A stretch of DNA of 63,705 bases, filler included, from Welwitschia mirabilis (Eukaryota), in the NCBI GenBank assembly GCA_051453625.1. It is 4 parts of one record of this genome, joined end to end, with 100 filler letters (N's around TTAATTAATTAA, not from the genome) between each part and the next. Parts side by side here need not be neighbours in the genome. Positions count along the whole stretch, not along the records: positions 1 to 31,636 come from JBOZIK010000001.1; positions 31,737 to 56,893 come from JBOZIK010000001.1; 2 more parts are not named here. One strand, given 5' to 3'. The notes under the pieces were generated by a model. It was not told where the DNA came from. It did not search any database and saw only the letters and a list, made by a program, of their open reading frames with translations. A program made the translations under genes and the position numbers. This document shows positions 28,601-42,590 of the stretch, piece after piece. How positions within the stretch are numbered: position 1 is the first letter of the stretch; every line of letters starts with the position of its first letter.

Positions 28601-30326
28601 TTTTACTGCATCTTCACATATATGAATGAATGTGTCTTTTAAGGTTTTGTGAGTTCCACATGGCAAATGATATAATCAATTTAAGAGGTAATGGATTTAC
28701 AAGGGGTTCTAATAAATTTAATCTTTTTAGAAAGTTCCTCTAATTGGTTTTTGACATTAGTATTATGAGAAGGCTTAAAGACACTAGTTATCTTAAATAG
28801 TATTCTGTGATCTAGAGGGTTCATTTGGATTATTTGAGATTAAAGATTAATTGAGATTAAACCAAGTAGTGATGTAAATAAGTTTAAGTTTGTGTAGCAA
28901 GGATTTAGCTTTCTCTCTAAGGGAAAAAGGAAAGAGAGTTAATCTAAGAGCAGCTAAAGTATTTAGAATACAAGGAAAAGTTGAAATAACACATCCAAAT
29001 TCCTTAATATGTAGGTATAAATCCTCAAATTATAAACCATGAAAATATGATAAAATCTAAATGAAGACTAATTTAAAGTGTACTCTATAAGCATTTAGAT
29101 ACTAAACTATACAAGATAGGGTTCCTAAGCATTAGGGTTAAAAATATTTTTTTAAAGCTTATTTAAGCTATTAAGCATTGAAATTATTTTTAGGAAGTTT
29201 AGATTAAAAACCTTATGTTATTGTTTTAGTTGTATCTTTTATATGAATGATTCCTAAGAATAAAACCTACATGTGTGATCTAAGTCAGATCTCACATTAG
29301 GGTTTAGACAAATTTGATGTAACCTTTTATGTGATCTACAGTAGCAGTTCATGCAATTTTCTATAGTTTGAGATTTATTAAGATTAAAAAAAATATTTGA
29401 AAAGGTTTTAGAATGAAATTATATAAATTCTAAGGATCAAATTTAAGTAAGTATAGTGACACGAATGAGAGAAGGTGACAACACCATTTTAGTAAAGAGA
29501 AAAGGGGAAAGAAAAAGATAAGGTTTATAACTTGGTTACATCATAAAGATGAAGTGATTAGTAAAAATAAAAACATAATAGCATGAACGATATATGAGGC
29601 TAGAGAGTAGAAACCCTAAAATAAGATAATATAGAGAAATAATAAAGGGGAAAAAGAAAACCTAAGACTTCTAAATGTAGAGAATGCATAACTAATAATG
29701 TAGAAATAGAAACATAAGAATTAAAATATAGAAACTAAAAGAAAACTCCTCTAAGTTTTTTTTTTTTTTAAATTTTCATTTGTTAACTTCACAGAACTTG
29801 TGAAAGAAGTAAAAATAAAAAGAGAAAGAGAAATAAAAGAAAAATTTAAAAAAATATTCTCTTCAAAAAACCTATACAAATGTAATTAACTTTGTAGAAA
29901 AGATCTAATATAGTAATTTTAATAGGCTAAAGGAAAATATCTTGTAGTAAAGAAATAAAAATTCTAAGAAAAAAACTAAGTAAAAATGTAAAAGAAAACA
30001 ATGGAAAAATGACTAGTTCAAGATTCACTAGAAAAGGAGAAATTCTATCTAATGGGAAAAAGAAAATTGTGATAAAGTAAAGAGGAAAAACAAAACATTA
30101 GACATGGATCAGCATAACAAAAAAGTAAAATAAAAATAATTAAAAGTTAAAACAAGGAAAAAATTCATTAAAAATGGATTAGTATAATAGAGAGCTTTTT
30201 TAAAAAAAAGCCACTATAAGTGAGCTAGTATAATAGCACGTGAAAAGAAAAAGAGTAGAAATGGAAACTTTGTATGTATCCCATTATAGCTACTATGTAA
30301 TTATCTCCAACAATAGCATCAAAAAT

Positions 30327-31549
30327 CTAGTCATGGTTTAATTTAGCTAAACTTATATAACTATTTATCTAATGAGTTTATAAAAGATCACATCAAGGAC
30401 ATAATCCTTATAAAGCCAAATCTAACCTATAAAAAATACAACTAGGATTTCCATTTATAATATAGTTTTAGTGTCATCCCCTAGGGGATAAATGATGTAA
30501 GCAAGAGCAAAATCCATTTTGTAACTATCATAGAGAGATTTAACAATTATAAAGAAATTTTATTTGATTGATCAATAAAAATAGGAATAAAGCATACCTG
30601 TAAGCATTTACAGTGAACATAATAATAATAACATGGGTTTTAATTATAATAGATTTTCTCTATCGTTATATAAGAAAAATCGTGTTAAGCTATCATTTTA
30701 GCTAAAGTATGCTGATATAATTTCATTAATCATATAAGTTTTAGGAAAGTTTCTAAGTTATCTTAGCTTTCATAGCTTACCTCAAAAGCATTAAAAATAG
30801 GAAAACATCCTAAAGATCATTAAATGATAGTAAACTATAATCTAAGATATGCACATGAAAAATCACTTAGAAATCACATAAAAGCTTAACATACTTTAAC
30901 TTAAATTGAGCATTATAAGTATGAAAAATCATTTATAACTTAAAATTAAGAAATTAAATTAAAGAAACTATAGCACTTTATTAGAATAATTGAGAAAATT
31001 CTACATAATACTAAAAGACTCAAGCTATAACTTAATGTCATGTTAGCCTTACAAGCTAGTTCATAAAATCTTTAGAAATAGACATAGTCAAAACTCCTCT
31101 GAATTCAAAAAGATTACCAATTGATAGCATATAATAAGATGTTAAACATAAGGCATCAGTACCCTTTTACAGTCCAAGAATTAGGGTTAGGGTTAATATT
31201 TTAAAAACTACAAAAGTTCTGCTAATTTTAAATGATCTGACTAATTGCTTCAATAGACTCATCCTCTACCATAGTCCTTAAAACATAAAAATGGACTAAA
31301 CAAGTGGAACATGACTAGTACCATCATTAAATGCTATTGGCTTTATGGAATATTCTCCGAAACTTTTATCCTATGCTCTAACATCTAGTTAAAGACTTAA
31401 ACAATTCATTAGTAAAAATAGAAAGCTAGTTTTTCATAACTTGAATAGCATAAATCAAGATAAAAAGATAAAACCATAAAAACTTTAACATGATTATACT
31501 AAATTTTATATAAATTAATTAAAATAAATGTCAATGTTATATGTTATCA
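30327..31549 (-). repeat. 5' LTR of element C
   Basis: Begins TGATAACAT on the minus strand and is followed by the decayed PBS TGATGCTATTGTTGGAGA. Confidence 0.85.
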
Positions 31550-31636
31550 ATTAGTAAAGTCAACATGAGTAAATCCTAAAGCTTGAAAAATGTGTTCTAA
31601 CATATGATTAACTCTAGCTCCTAAATCCACTAAAGA
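31550..31636 (-). pseudogene. Protease active-site half of element B
   Basis: Reads SLVDLGARVNHMLEHIFQALGFTHVDFTN and continues in frame into 21377 leftwards once element C is removed. Confidence 0.8.
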
Positions 31637-31680
31637 NNNNNNNNNNNNNNNNNNNNNNNNNNNNNNNNNNNNNNNNNNNN

Positions 31681-31692
31681 TTAATTAATTAA
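31681..31692. other. Artificial scaffold linker TTAATTAATTAA (also 56938-56949, 61004-61015)
   Basis: Identical 12-mer centred in three 100-base N gaps; it has stops in all six frames. Confidence 0.9.
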
Positions 31693-34182
31693 NNNNNNNN
31701 NNNNNNNNNNNNNNNNNNNNNNNNNNNNNNNNNNNNATTTATAAAATGAGTTATTTGATCACTAATAATAATAATTCTAAGAAAACCAAAAAATTGAAAA
31801 ATATGAGTTCTAACAAAATGGTAAACGGTTTAAGCATCATTCGTAAAAGTAGGAATAGCTTTAATTCATTTAGTAACATTATTAAGAATCACTAAAATAT
31901 TATTATTATCATTATAAGATGGTTTAATAGGGCCTACAAAATTAATTCCCCTATAATGAAAATGTTCACGTTCAAGAATAGGGCTAAGGGACATATCATG
32001 AAAATGAATAAGGCTATCATAATGTTGACAAGCATCACAACTTCTAGGAAAATGACTATGCTAATAAAAACAATAGTAAAAAATTTTTATTATTGTTTTC
32101 TATCCACTAAAATGAACTCTATAAATACTACCATGGAAAAGATGATAAATGCCTAATTTTTCCCATTAAGGAACACATTTTCTCATGATTTGATCTTTGC
32201 ACCTATGGTAAGGATGTGGTTCTATCCATTTATAATCACCTATTCTATAGAGAAAATATTTTTTTTAAATGATGATTCTAATGTTGTGCTATTTTCATGG
32301 TAATAAGGTAGTTAACTATGTCAACATACTAAGGAGGAGGATGAGTAGAAGAATGGTAAAATGTTATTCACTTGGAAAAGAATCATCAATCATAAGATTA
32401 TTAAGAAAATAAGAAAGATATAATAAACAATCTACTACACTGTTATGTTTTTATGCTTTATCAATGATGATAAGATTAAATTCTTACATAAAAAGGATTC
32501 ATCTAATGAGTCTAACACTAGAATATTTCTTGGTCATAAGGTATTTAATATCTACATCGTTGGTATAAACATTTATATGAAAGCCTAAAAGATAATGTCT
32601 AAGAATATCAAGGTAAAAGATTATAGCTTACATTTCTTTCTCAGTAGTAGTATAATTTGATTGAGCTTTAGACAAAATTTTACTATGATAAGATATATCT
32701 TTAAAATCATTTTCATACTTTTATCCAAGAACCCATCCACAACAATATTACTAGCATTAAACATTAATTTAAAATCTTTATTTCAATTGAGTCCCATTAC
32801 AACATGTGAGAAAGAAATTTTATGTTTGAGTGTTTCAAAAGAAAATGACAAGATTTATTCCATTCAAATTTAGATTCTTTTTTAAGTAACAAGTGAAGAA
32901 GTTCACAAATTTTAGTATAATCTTTAATAAAACAATGATAAAAATTATAATGACCAAGAAAATAGTAAACTTGTTTTACATGTGTTGGAGAAGTTATATT
33001 TTTACTGATACTTTTTTTTAGGATCCATTATAATTCCTTTATTAAAAATGTGATGATCTAAGATAATTCCATTATCAACTAGAAAGAAAATCTTCTCCCA
33101 ACTCAAATGTAGTCCACTCTTTATGCATCTATTAAATACTTCATCTAATCTTTTTAAGATTTATTCAAAGTTTTTACCAGAGATTGAGAAGTCATCCATA
33201 AAAATTTTAGTTAAATCCTCTAACATAAGAGGAAAGATATCCATCATTACATATTGAAAAGTACTGAGAGCATTACAAAGTTTAAAAGGCATGTGTATAA
33301 AAGCAAATATTTTAAAAGGTTAAGTAAAAGTTATTGTTGCCTGGTTCTCACTAGCTATACAAACCTGATTGTAATTACTATACCCATCAAGAATGCAATA
33401 AAAGATATGTCTTTGGATTCTATCAAGTATCTGATCAAGCAAACGTAAAGGCCAATGGTCTTTCTTTATTACTTCATTTAGCTTTCTAAAATCAATACAC
33501 AATTTTTAGTTCTTTCCTTTCTTAGGCACTACTATTAAAGAACTAACCCACTCACTATCAGATATGGCGTAATAATTCTAGCATTTATTAATTTAATGAT
33601 TTCATCTTTTATGATTTGTTTAAGGGCTAGATTTCATCTACATTAGGGTTGCCTAATAGGTTTTTCATTATCCTCAAGGTAGATTTTATGTTGAACAATG
33701 GAAGTAGGAATGGCTATTAAGTCTTTATGAGTTTAAGTAAATACATTAAACTTAGAATTCAAAAGTGAGATTAAAATTAATTCTTATTGAGTGAAAATAT
33801 TCTCATTTATTCTCAATGATTTATTCTAATTATCACATAGAAAGATATATTTTAGTCTAATGGGTAAAGGTTTCAGATTTAAATTCAGATTTTTAGCTTT
33901 TATTAATTATTTATCAAAGTTCACTATCATCCTAGACCATCTTTTACCCAACAGAAGTGGATGACCTTCCTAAAAATATGGAATCCTAGCTGTTTTTAGA
34001 TGTTGGACTTCTTCGCATATTACAATTTTAGTTTCTTCAATTTCTTGATTAAAATAGTCTATTCCTAAATGTTCATAATTAAGTTTATCATCATTAAAAG
34101 CTTTTAAGTTTTCTACTTCAAGTGGAACATCATCCAAGGTAGGATCATAAAGCATTAATCACCTTTCTTCAAGTGGACAATG

Positions 34183-34653
34183 CTATAAAAATAATTTTGG
34201 CTTAATTTCTTCTTCACCATTCCATTCATCACCTAAATCTTTCTTAGCAGCATAAAAAACTCTAATAGTAAACTTTTTATTTCTTAAGTGACACTCCATC
34301 ATTTTACTTATTATATTAATAAGACAATAGATTGTTGCATAAAATGATCTACCTAGAAGTAGTGGGTAATCTCCATTATGCTCAACTTCAATTACAATTA
34401 TATCTATTGGATAGAGTGCTTTCTTAATTTGAATCATCAAATCTTTTATTACTCTTAAAGATTTCTTCACTGATGTATCTGCCAATTCTAAGATAATACA
34501 TGTAGGTTTAATTATACTTTCTAAACCAAGTTGTTGATAAATAGGTAAAGGCATAATATTAACACTTGATCCTATATCGATTAAGGATTTCTTAATTTTC
34601 TTATTTCCTTTTAATGTGATACTAACTATTACTGTCCTAAGGTCCTTGGACAT
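34183..34653 (-). pseudogene. Retrotransposon aspartic protease domain (element D)
   Basis: LIDIGSSVNIMP...LELADTSVKK...PLLLGRSF. Confidence 0.88.
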
Positions 34654-37077
34654 TTTTGCAAAACTAAGTTAGTTCTAGATTAAGTTATGAATAGTTTACT
34701 AGGTATGGTTTATTTTTTCCCTCCTAATTAGGTCTTTCCACAACTTAGAATATTTAGGATTTCCTTGTAAGAGTTCCCAAAATGATAAATTTACACTTAC
34801 ATCTTGCATCAAATACTTAAGATGATCATCAAAGATAAGATTAGTATTTAATATATTAAGCCAACGTGTAACATGTTTCTTACCTTTATCTTGAGAAGAT
34901 TTTGTTCATATTAAGCTCATCATTCAAAAGAAAAGGAAAGGTATGATTTTCTAATATTTCAATATCTTCTTCTTCTTTTTTCATATTTCTAATTATTTTT
35001 AGAAGTTGAATCCTCATGGGTAGAAGGTGTTATTTCATTTTGACTTCTTGTCACAATCTTATAATATTTTCTTACTTCATTAGGGTTTGGTAAAGGTTGT
35101 ATTGCAAGTGATCCTTATTCTCTTTGATTTTCAAGCATAGTTTATTGAAGAACATTTACTAGATTTTTAATATTTGAATTTGGCTTATCTTGAGGCTTTA
35201 TAATTCATCAATGGAATTTTTAAGTATATCATTTTAATTTTATGAATTTGATATACTTACTTGATAATTTGAGCTACTTGGAAATTTGGATAATTTGTTT
35301 GAAAGTTCCTGAATTTGTTCTCAAAAGATAAAAAGTTAGGTTATCCATTCATCCTAGATTGAAATTGATTTTGATTTTGATTTTGATTTCTAAATTTGAA
35401 GACTTTTGGTTGAAAGCACATACTTTTTCATAAATTTTATCTTTGTAAGTTGGCAATAAAGGGAATTCTTTAGTCACATGATAGTTATCTTCACACAAAT
35501 CACAAGTTGTAACCACCTTCTTTTTATTGCCACTTTTGCATTTAAAATCATTTTATTGTGTTTTTTTAATGTTGTTGTAAAATCCTTAATTACATTTGTT
35601 GGTTTTTTTCCTATTTTTGCTTTCTCCTTTTCTTGCTTCACATATTTAAGATCTTTTATGATTTGACCTATAGTATGATTTTCTGTAGGTATTGGTTTAG
35701 ACCATGTTTAACTTAATTCTACTAGTTCTTCCAACATACTTCATGCATTTTCTAAAGTAAGATTCATTAAATTTCCACTACATAAAAAATCTATAAGTTG
35801 TTTATTTTGGCTATTAAGTTCACTATAGAAATAGTTTATTACTTCTGATTAAGCAAATGCATCAATGGGATTAGAATAAATTATATAATGAAGAATCGTT
35901 CATAAGTGGAGGCATAATCTTCATTAGGTTATTGATGGAAATTTATTACCTCTTTCTTTTTCTGATTGTTATTTTACTCATAGATCATTTTATAAAGGCT
36001 TTNNNNACTTGGTTTCATATTTTTAAGATTTTATGAGGAATAGTTCTTAGCCATAATTTCACTTTTTCTTTTAATGTGATGGGAAAGGATAACCATGTAA
36101 GTACGGCCACTAATTCATTTTTTACTATTTTCAGAAGTAAGCACTAATTATTTGATGTCAGCTATATATTAAAGGGGATCTTCATCATGTTCTCCATTAA
36201 AATAAGACATGCATTTAGATTTCTTAACTCAATATCATTATCAGAAGGTAGGTCAAAAGGATTTTGGATTTCCTACTTTTTATATGCAATTAGTTATTTA
36301 AGAGTAACATTAGCATTTGGATTTACGAGGGTGATAGAGATTCCTATCATGATAAGGGGATTAGGTGGAGCTAGTTATTTTTGTTTTTTCATAGAATTCA
36401 ACATTATAATAAAACTATTTTCTTTTAAACTTTATTTTAAAAAATTTTCTTTGAAAAAATAAGATTCAAAAATAATAAATGTAGAACAATATTTTTACTC
36501 AATTCTTGGAATATCTTGTATACCTAGGATGTGCATACCTAGGTTTAATTTATAGGTGATCAAACATTCTCAAATGTTTTCTTTAATCAGCAATCACTCT
36601 CTCTGATACTTTATATTTTTACCTAAGTTTACCATGTCCTAGCATGCTCAACTCTATTTCTATAAACATCATCTTTAGAGTCGTCTAGATGATGTACCTA
36701 AATAATAGAAGATACAAAAAACCTATAAATGAAAAACATAAAAAAATAGAATTCTGAAATAATATAAAAAAAACTGATAGTCATTCACTGAGTCATCTAG
36801 ATGATAGAGGGGATAATAAGAAAAACCCTTGTTCTTATGAAAATAAAAAACCCTAGTTTCACAAGCCATCATCTCTGCACATCATCTAAACGACAAGGGA
36901 ATGATAGGACATTATTTTTAAAATGAAAATCCAAAAATGCAAAAAGAAAAACCTATGTTTCTACTATAAAGATACAATGTTACTATAGATAAATATCCAA
37001 ACCAAAATCCAAGCTACTTATCTGAGCAACAACAATCCTTTAACTCTAAATAGCCTTCCTCAGTAATGATTCCAAGA

Positions 37078-38295
37078 TGTTGTAATGCATATTTGTGTAA
37101 CTATTACGTTCTCAAATAAATCTTGAAAATAATCAAGATATATATTACACAACACAATACACTAATATAGATGGGAGTGATCCAAATGTCATAATTTCAT
37201 CGCATGCACAGATGAGAAGAAAGAGAATTAATTTCAAACGAAATACTTATGCACTTTTTGGTAGAATAAAATAATGTAAATGAGATACAAAAATAAGCTA
37301 AATGCAATATCTATTTGATTACTAAATCAACCTATCATAGATATTTATCCTATATGACCTAGATTAATCAAGGAAATCCATCGCCAGACCAAGACATCTA
37401 AGTTATCAAGTGCATTAAATAAAGTATAAAAACAATGCAAAGTTAATCTGGAAAATGAAATCCCAATGGACCTAAACTAACAATGTTAATATTAATAAAG
37501 GTTATCCTTATGATCTATATCATAGATGAAGCTATCATGGAATTATAAGAAACATAAATCATAAAGAATGTGCACATAACAAAAGATATAAAAAGAAAAA
37601 TAGAGTTTTTATTAATGTGAACCAACATTCATGTTACAAAGAAATAGCACCTCAATGAAGGATATACATTCCGATACCAAGGAAGACGTCTCTTTACAAT
37701 AACAAGGGATGGATCTCTTACCATTTGATCTTCTATTATAAAAATTTATACTATCAAAGAAGATAAAGTTGGAGTCAATGAATAAAAAGGTATTTATTAC
37801 AAAAAAATACTCTAAAAACAATAAACACTAATAGACACAATAAGACCCTAATAGCTGTGCAAGAAGATGCAAGATACATGGCGAAAGTTTGGTGAAGTGT
37901 TATATTTAGATGTCATCCTACTAGTTGTTTGGATGTGATAGGAGATGATATCACACCATACAGGATCCACATTAGCTACTAGATTAGTTTAATAAGTGCC
38001 CTAGTTAGCATAAGTACATCTATTATTTGTACAGTCATCTAGATGATAAGGTGGACGATGGGCTTTATAACGATGTTTCTTGTGTTAGATCAGCCTCTTT
38101 AATTATAATATTACTAATTTAGATAAAATATCTTATAATTTACTTTAAATTCTATCAAATGTAATAAAAATTGCATGTTTTTATGATATTTGCCTTATCC
38201 GTTCATTATTATCAAAACTCGGCATAAACTTATCTAACGTCCTGCAAAACTATTCAAAATACCCTGTCAAGTATATACAATTTGGTAGCACAATA
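37078..38295 (-). repeat. 5' LTR of element D
   Basis: TGTTG...CAATA termini, adjacent PBS, aligns with 55218-56461. Confidence 0.87.
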
Positions 38296-41200
38296 TATAT
38301 AAAAAATATTTGAAATTATTTTGGTTTACAAACAATATCAATGTCATAAGTTATGTCCTCCATTTCTTCCTAGTTTTTCATCACATAAAAGATATCTTAT
38401 GAATAGTTAAGGAGATGTAAACTTATTATAAACATACATAGATAAGTTTAGGGATAATACCTAACTAATATAATAGAAGGTTATAAATCTAATTAATGGC
38501 ATCCCAACTTGATATTTGGCCACTTTTCGAATATGAGTTAGTTCTACTTTAGGTTCTAAACTATAAAAATATGGCTAGGTTTTCACTTCATCTCGATATG
38601 CCCTAAATACATATGTTACACCATCCAAAGATTCTTTAAGGAAGATAGAGTGATTTATAAGCATGATAAGGGTTTGAAATATTAACTCAGAGTAATTTCA
38701 TACATGGATAGGATAGAAGAGTGGTGATCAATCCATTTCTATAAGGGTATTATTAAAAAAATGCGATGCAATCCACCTTGGTGATGAAATCTAAGTGTGG
38801 GGATAAACATTATTATAATTATTTTGATTTAGTCCTATTTAATAAATACACCATATAAATGTGTATATACAATTCTAACTAATGTGAATATTTAATAGAT
38901 TATTTGTCTAGTTATAATAATTTTAATCATTATTAAATTCATTTTATAAAAACAACTATAAAAAGAAAACAAGTATAGAAGAACATCTCTATATTCAAGA
39001 TTACAATAAGGGAAATCTAGATAAAGAAAATATTCTTTTCTTTTCTATCTAAATAAATAAAATATTTTTTAATAATAATAAAAACATTTGAAATTATCAG
39101 ACCACATTTAATAATGTACTGAAAGAAACTAAAACATACTTAGAGTTATACCAATCCTAGAAACATTTTTCCATGCTCATATGATAGTCTCCATGGATTA
39201 GTACAAAGAAGATAAAAAAAGAGAGTATCACTTAAGCATAATCATTAAGATATAAATATTTTTTCAAGATTCATATATCTATATTATACATTAATAAGAA
39301 AAGTGATAAGCTAAAGACTATTTATGTAACTTAACCTACTAAGGTGAAAATTCTTACAAGCATACACATTGAAAGTAATATAAAGAAAAAAGCTAAAAGA
39401 GGTATTTATACAAATAAAATACTATTAATAGGTAATTTAAATTAAAGTTACTAATAGCAATACATCTTGTATGTTCAAATTCCTTATGGAAATTTATGTA
39501 ANNNNNNNNNNNNNNNNNNNNNNNNNNNNNNNNNNNNNNNNNNNNNNNNNNNNNNNNNNNNNNNNNNNNNNNNNNNNNNNNNNNNNNNNNNNNNNNNNNN
39601 NATGTAATAATTTTTCTATCATTTAAAATATTAATTATGACATTACAGGGCTCCAAGAAGATATCATAATCAAAAATTAATAACTAATTAATTATGAAGC
39701 AAAAAATAAATTACAGTAAGACACATAATATGATCCTTAGAATCTAACTTAAACTATTGTGAAATTATAAAAATATTATTTTTAAGATCATTATTTAAGG
39801 CTACTAAATGTTAAATTTTCTAACACTACAGTCCTATCATACTACACTAAAATAACCATAACTTTTAAAATACTTTGAGTTTTTAAATGATTCAAGATGT
39901 TTTAAAATGATTATTCAATTTCTTACAACATAGGATCCTTAAATTTGTATGTATTATAACAAGGAGTTACATGAGTATAAATTAATTTCTTACTCTTTTC
40001 TACATTTATTTTCAAATGTAGTCTAATAAATAGACTTTTTAAAAATAATTACATAATAATGAAATTGTTGTTTTTACATTTTCTCATTAATATAAAAATA
40101 TTAGACTTATAAAAAAAATCACTAATTTATACCTACTAATTAATAGGCTATAGGATTTTTGTCCTATTCCTCTATTTTGAAAATTTAATGTTCACCATAA
40201 CAAAAATATGATAAAGTTTCTACAACTAGTTAAGCAATAACTTAAATCAGTAAAGTAACAGATATACTAACTAATTATTTAAAAAATATCTTAAGTAAGT
40301 TATTAATTCAAATCATTGTAGAAATTAAAATCAAATTAATTTAAAAAACATTTATTATAAGCTTTAGGATTTTCATGAAAGAGTATTAGCCTAAAGAGAT
40401 TTTTGAGGATCAGACTTTACCCCTAATAAGATAGACCTAATGTATAATAGATAAAAATATAATATTAAAATAAATATGGATATCCAATTTTTTTTTAATT
40501 GTAAAACTCTTGATCACTTAGCCATAATCATGTATTAGTGACCTCCATCACCAAGCACATGAGACCCCTTATATCTCCTCAACATATTAGTAAGAGCCAA
40601 TGAGAGGGAATAATATTTTGTAACATAATTTCATAAAAACTATAAATAATTCCCTAATGCAATATCACATCCTTCCACTAGAATCTTAAAAAGAGATCAT
40701 ATAGATAATAAGAGTAAATATCTTACTTGAAAAAATTAGTACCTCCTTAATAGTTGAAAATTGATGAAGATCTAAGCTTAAGAGTTCCTTAGCTTCAAGA
40801 GTCCAAGCTCTAAGATTCACAAGCAAGAGAATTAAAGAAAGAGAGAGGAAAGAAGGAAACATACTTATATGAAAAAAAATGGAAAGTATATCCTCTAACA
40901 AGAGAAGAAAGAATATCTATATATAGGTAAACAAAGGCACATAGTTCAAGATCAAAAGATCACATGATTTAGCATTGATGAGTGGGATGGATACTAATTA
41001 ACATTGGAGTATAAAAGAAGATCATATTTATAACTCATGCACCTAACTAGGGTGAGTATTTTTCTTGTTTCGATTAGCAAGGTTAATTACATGTTTCATT
41101 TTATCATGATAGCTCCTTTTTAATCCTTCATAAGCTCATAAGTAAGTTTAGTTCATCTAAGACATGCATCAAAAGAATAAATGCACAAATCTTAAAATTG

Positions 41201-42458
41201 TCATATGGCATAATGAGACAAGCTTTCCAATTCTAATGCATAAAAAAATGAGTATGCTATGAGCTAAGTGCCCTTACAGATCTCAAAAACATGAAAGTAA
41301 TAGTAGATTAAATCTTCTTATTTATCATTCTTGGTTCTAGGTAAGAGTGTATGCACTTATTCAAATGCTCATTCATTTCAAAATGTATAAAATTTATCAA
41401 TCACATAATACAAGGAAGAAAATCTTTATTTATAATATAATACACCTATCACATTTACCAAGAATTTAAATGAGTAAAAAGATCTAGAATATATTGTTAT
41501 GTCTTCTTGAAATTTTTAATTTATTAGTTTTATCATGTAATTTTAATTTCTCACATAATAGGATTACCTAATTTTAAATGACTGATAGCTTTTTACCATA
41601 AAAATCTTCTAACAAAATTTTTATCATTTTCATAATAAATTATGAATATTACAAACTAAGGTTAATTTAAAATTCCATTTTATTTTAACAAGGCCTTTAA
41701 ATAAGGATAATTAATCATTTGACTAAAAGCTTAATATACTTAATATTTAAGCAAACAAGGTTTACAAGATATGGGATATGATGGTTTATTAGGGAAAAAC
41801 TCTTTCCATTCAAAAGAAATATGTTTATATCTTGTGATTTGTGCTTAAGAACTAATTAGCGATTTATTTTGGATTTTGGTTATCATATTCTAATTTTACT
41901 AATGGAAAAATATAATTAATATAATTGAACCATATTTCTTACTCATCAAGTAGGTTGTAACCCTTACAAATCACTATTGACTATGGTATATTTGATAGGG
42001 AAAACCTTATATGTGCATTTTGAAAGTATCATTAAAAGGATTTTGTTTTATACTATCATATAATGTTTGATATAATTGATATAATGATTTAGAATTGACA
42101 TTTTGCTTCCTAATCTTAGTGGCTCTTTTAAGAAATTGAATTTGAAAAGTTCATGTTTTCACTCTATAAAAAGGCTATCTTAACCTTTTATGAAAAATAT
42201 ACTCATTAGATCTTATTTACATAACAACATAGGTTTTTTTGTATTTAGATGAAGAAAATCTATTTAGGATGTCCATGGGTTCTTCATTTCATGTATTTCT
42301 TATAAGATAGATTAGATACACTAATATATCCTATTTTATCATGTTATTTTATTTAATTCCTTTAGCATATTATTTTAAATGAATATTTAAATTTATGCAT
42401 ATTTTAAAGATAAAAGGTTTACAACAAAAAAAAAAATTTATAACCTTATAATCAATAA

Positions 42459-42590
42459 TGAGAATGTAGTTCGACTAGTCAAATACTCATCCTTCATTTA
42501 GGATGTCATGAGTTTGAAATCTTAGATGCCTTAATTGGCTACTATGAGGCCTTGGTAATAATTTAATCATTCATTTGAGTGAACATAGTG
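42459..42590 (+). mobile_element. tRNA-derived SINE-like head (further copies at ~43686, ~47253, ~47666, ~48031)
   Basis: A-box-like TAGTTCGACTAGT and B-box-like GAGTTTGAAATC at tRNA-like spacing; degenerate. Confidence 0.45.

Larger units (their letters stand above)
21382..31549 (-). mobile_element. Athila-type element C, full-length, nested in the protease of element B
   Basis: LTR pair 21382-22642 / 30327-31549, decayed PBS 30304-30321 and PPT ~22645-22650. Remnants of gag (FHGL*FEDLYLHIKEFG ~29020), RT, RH and INT (CGGYFS ~25505) lie between them. Confidence 0.9.
31737..38295 (-). mobile_element. Athila-type element D (5' LTR, gag, PR, RT, RH, start of INT), truncated at a gap
   Basis: PR ORF 34183-34653 (SLIDIGSSVNIMP), RT ORF 33320-33502 (CIDFRKLN, LDGYSNYNQ), decayed PBS 37057-37074 and LTR 37078-38295. 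Confidence 0.9.

Noticed and set aside
31681-31692. Palindromic TTAATTAATTAA recurring three times
   Set aside because: It always sits in the centre of an N gap, so it is an assembly linker and not biological. Adjacency across these gaps is uncertain.
38296-41783. Probable further TE debris
   Set aside because: No termini, partner repeat or protein motif could be supported.
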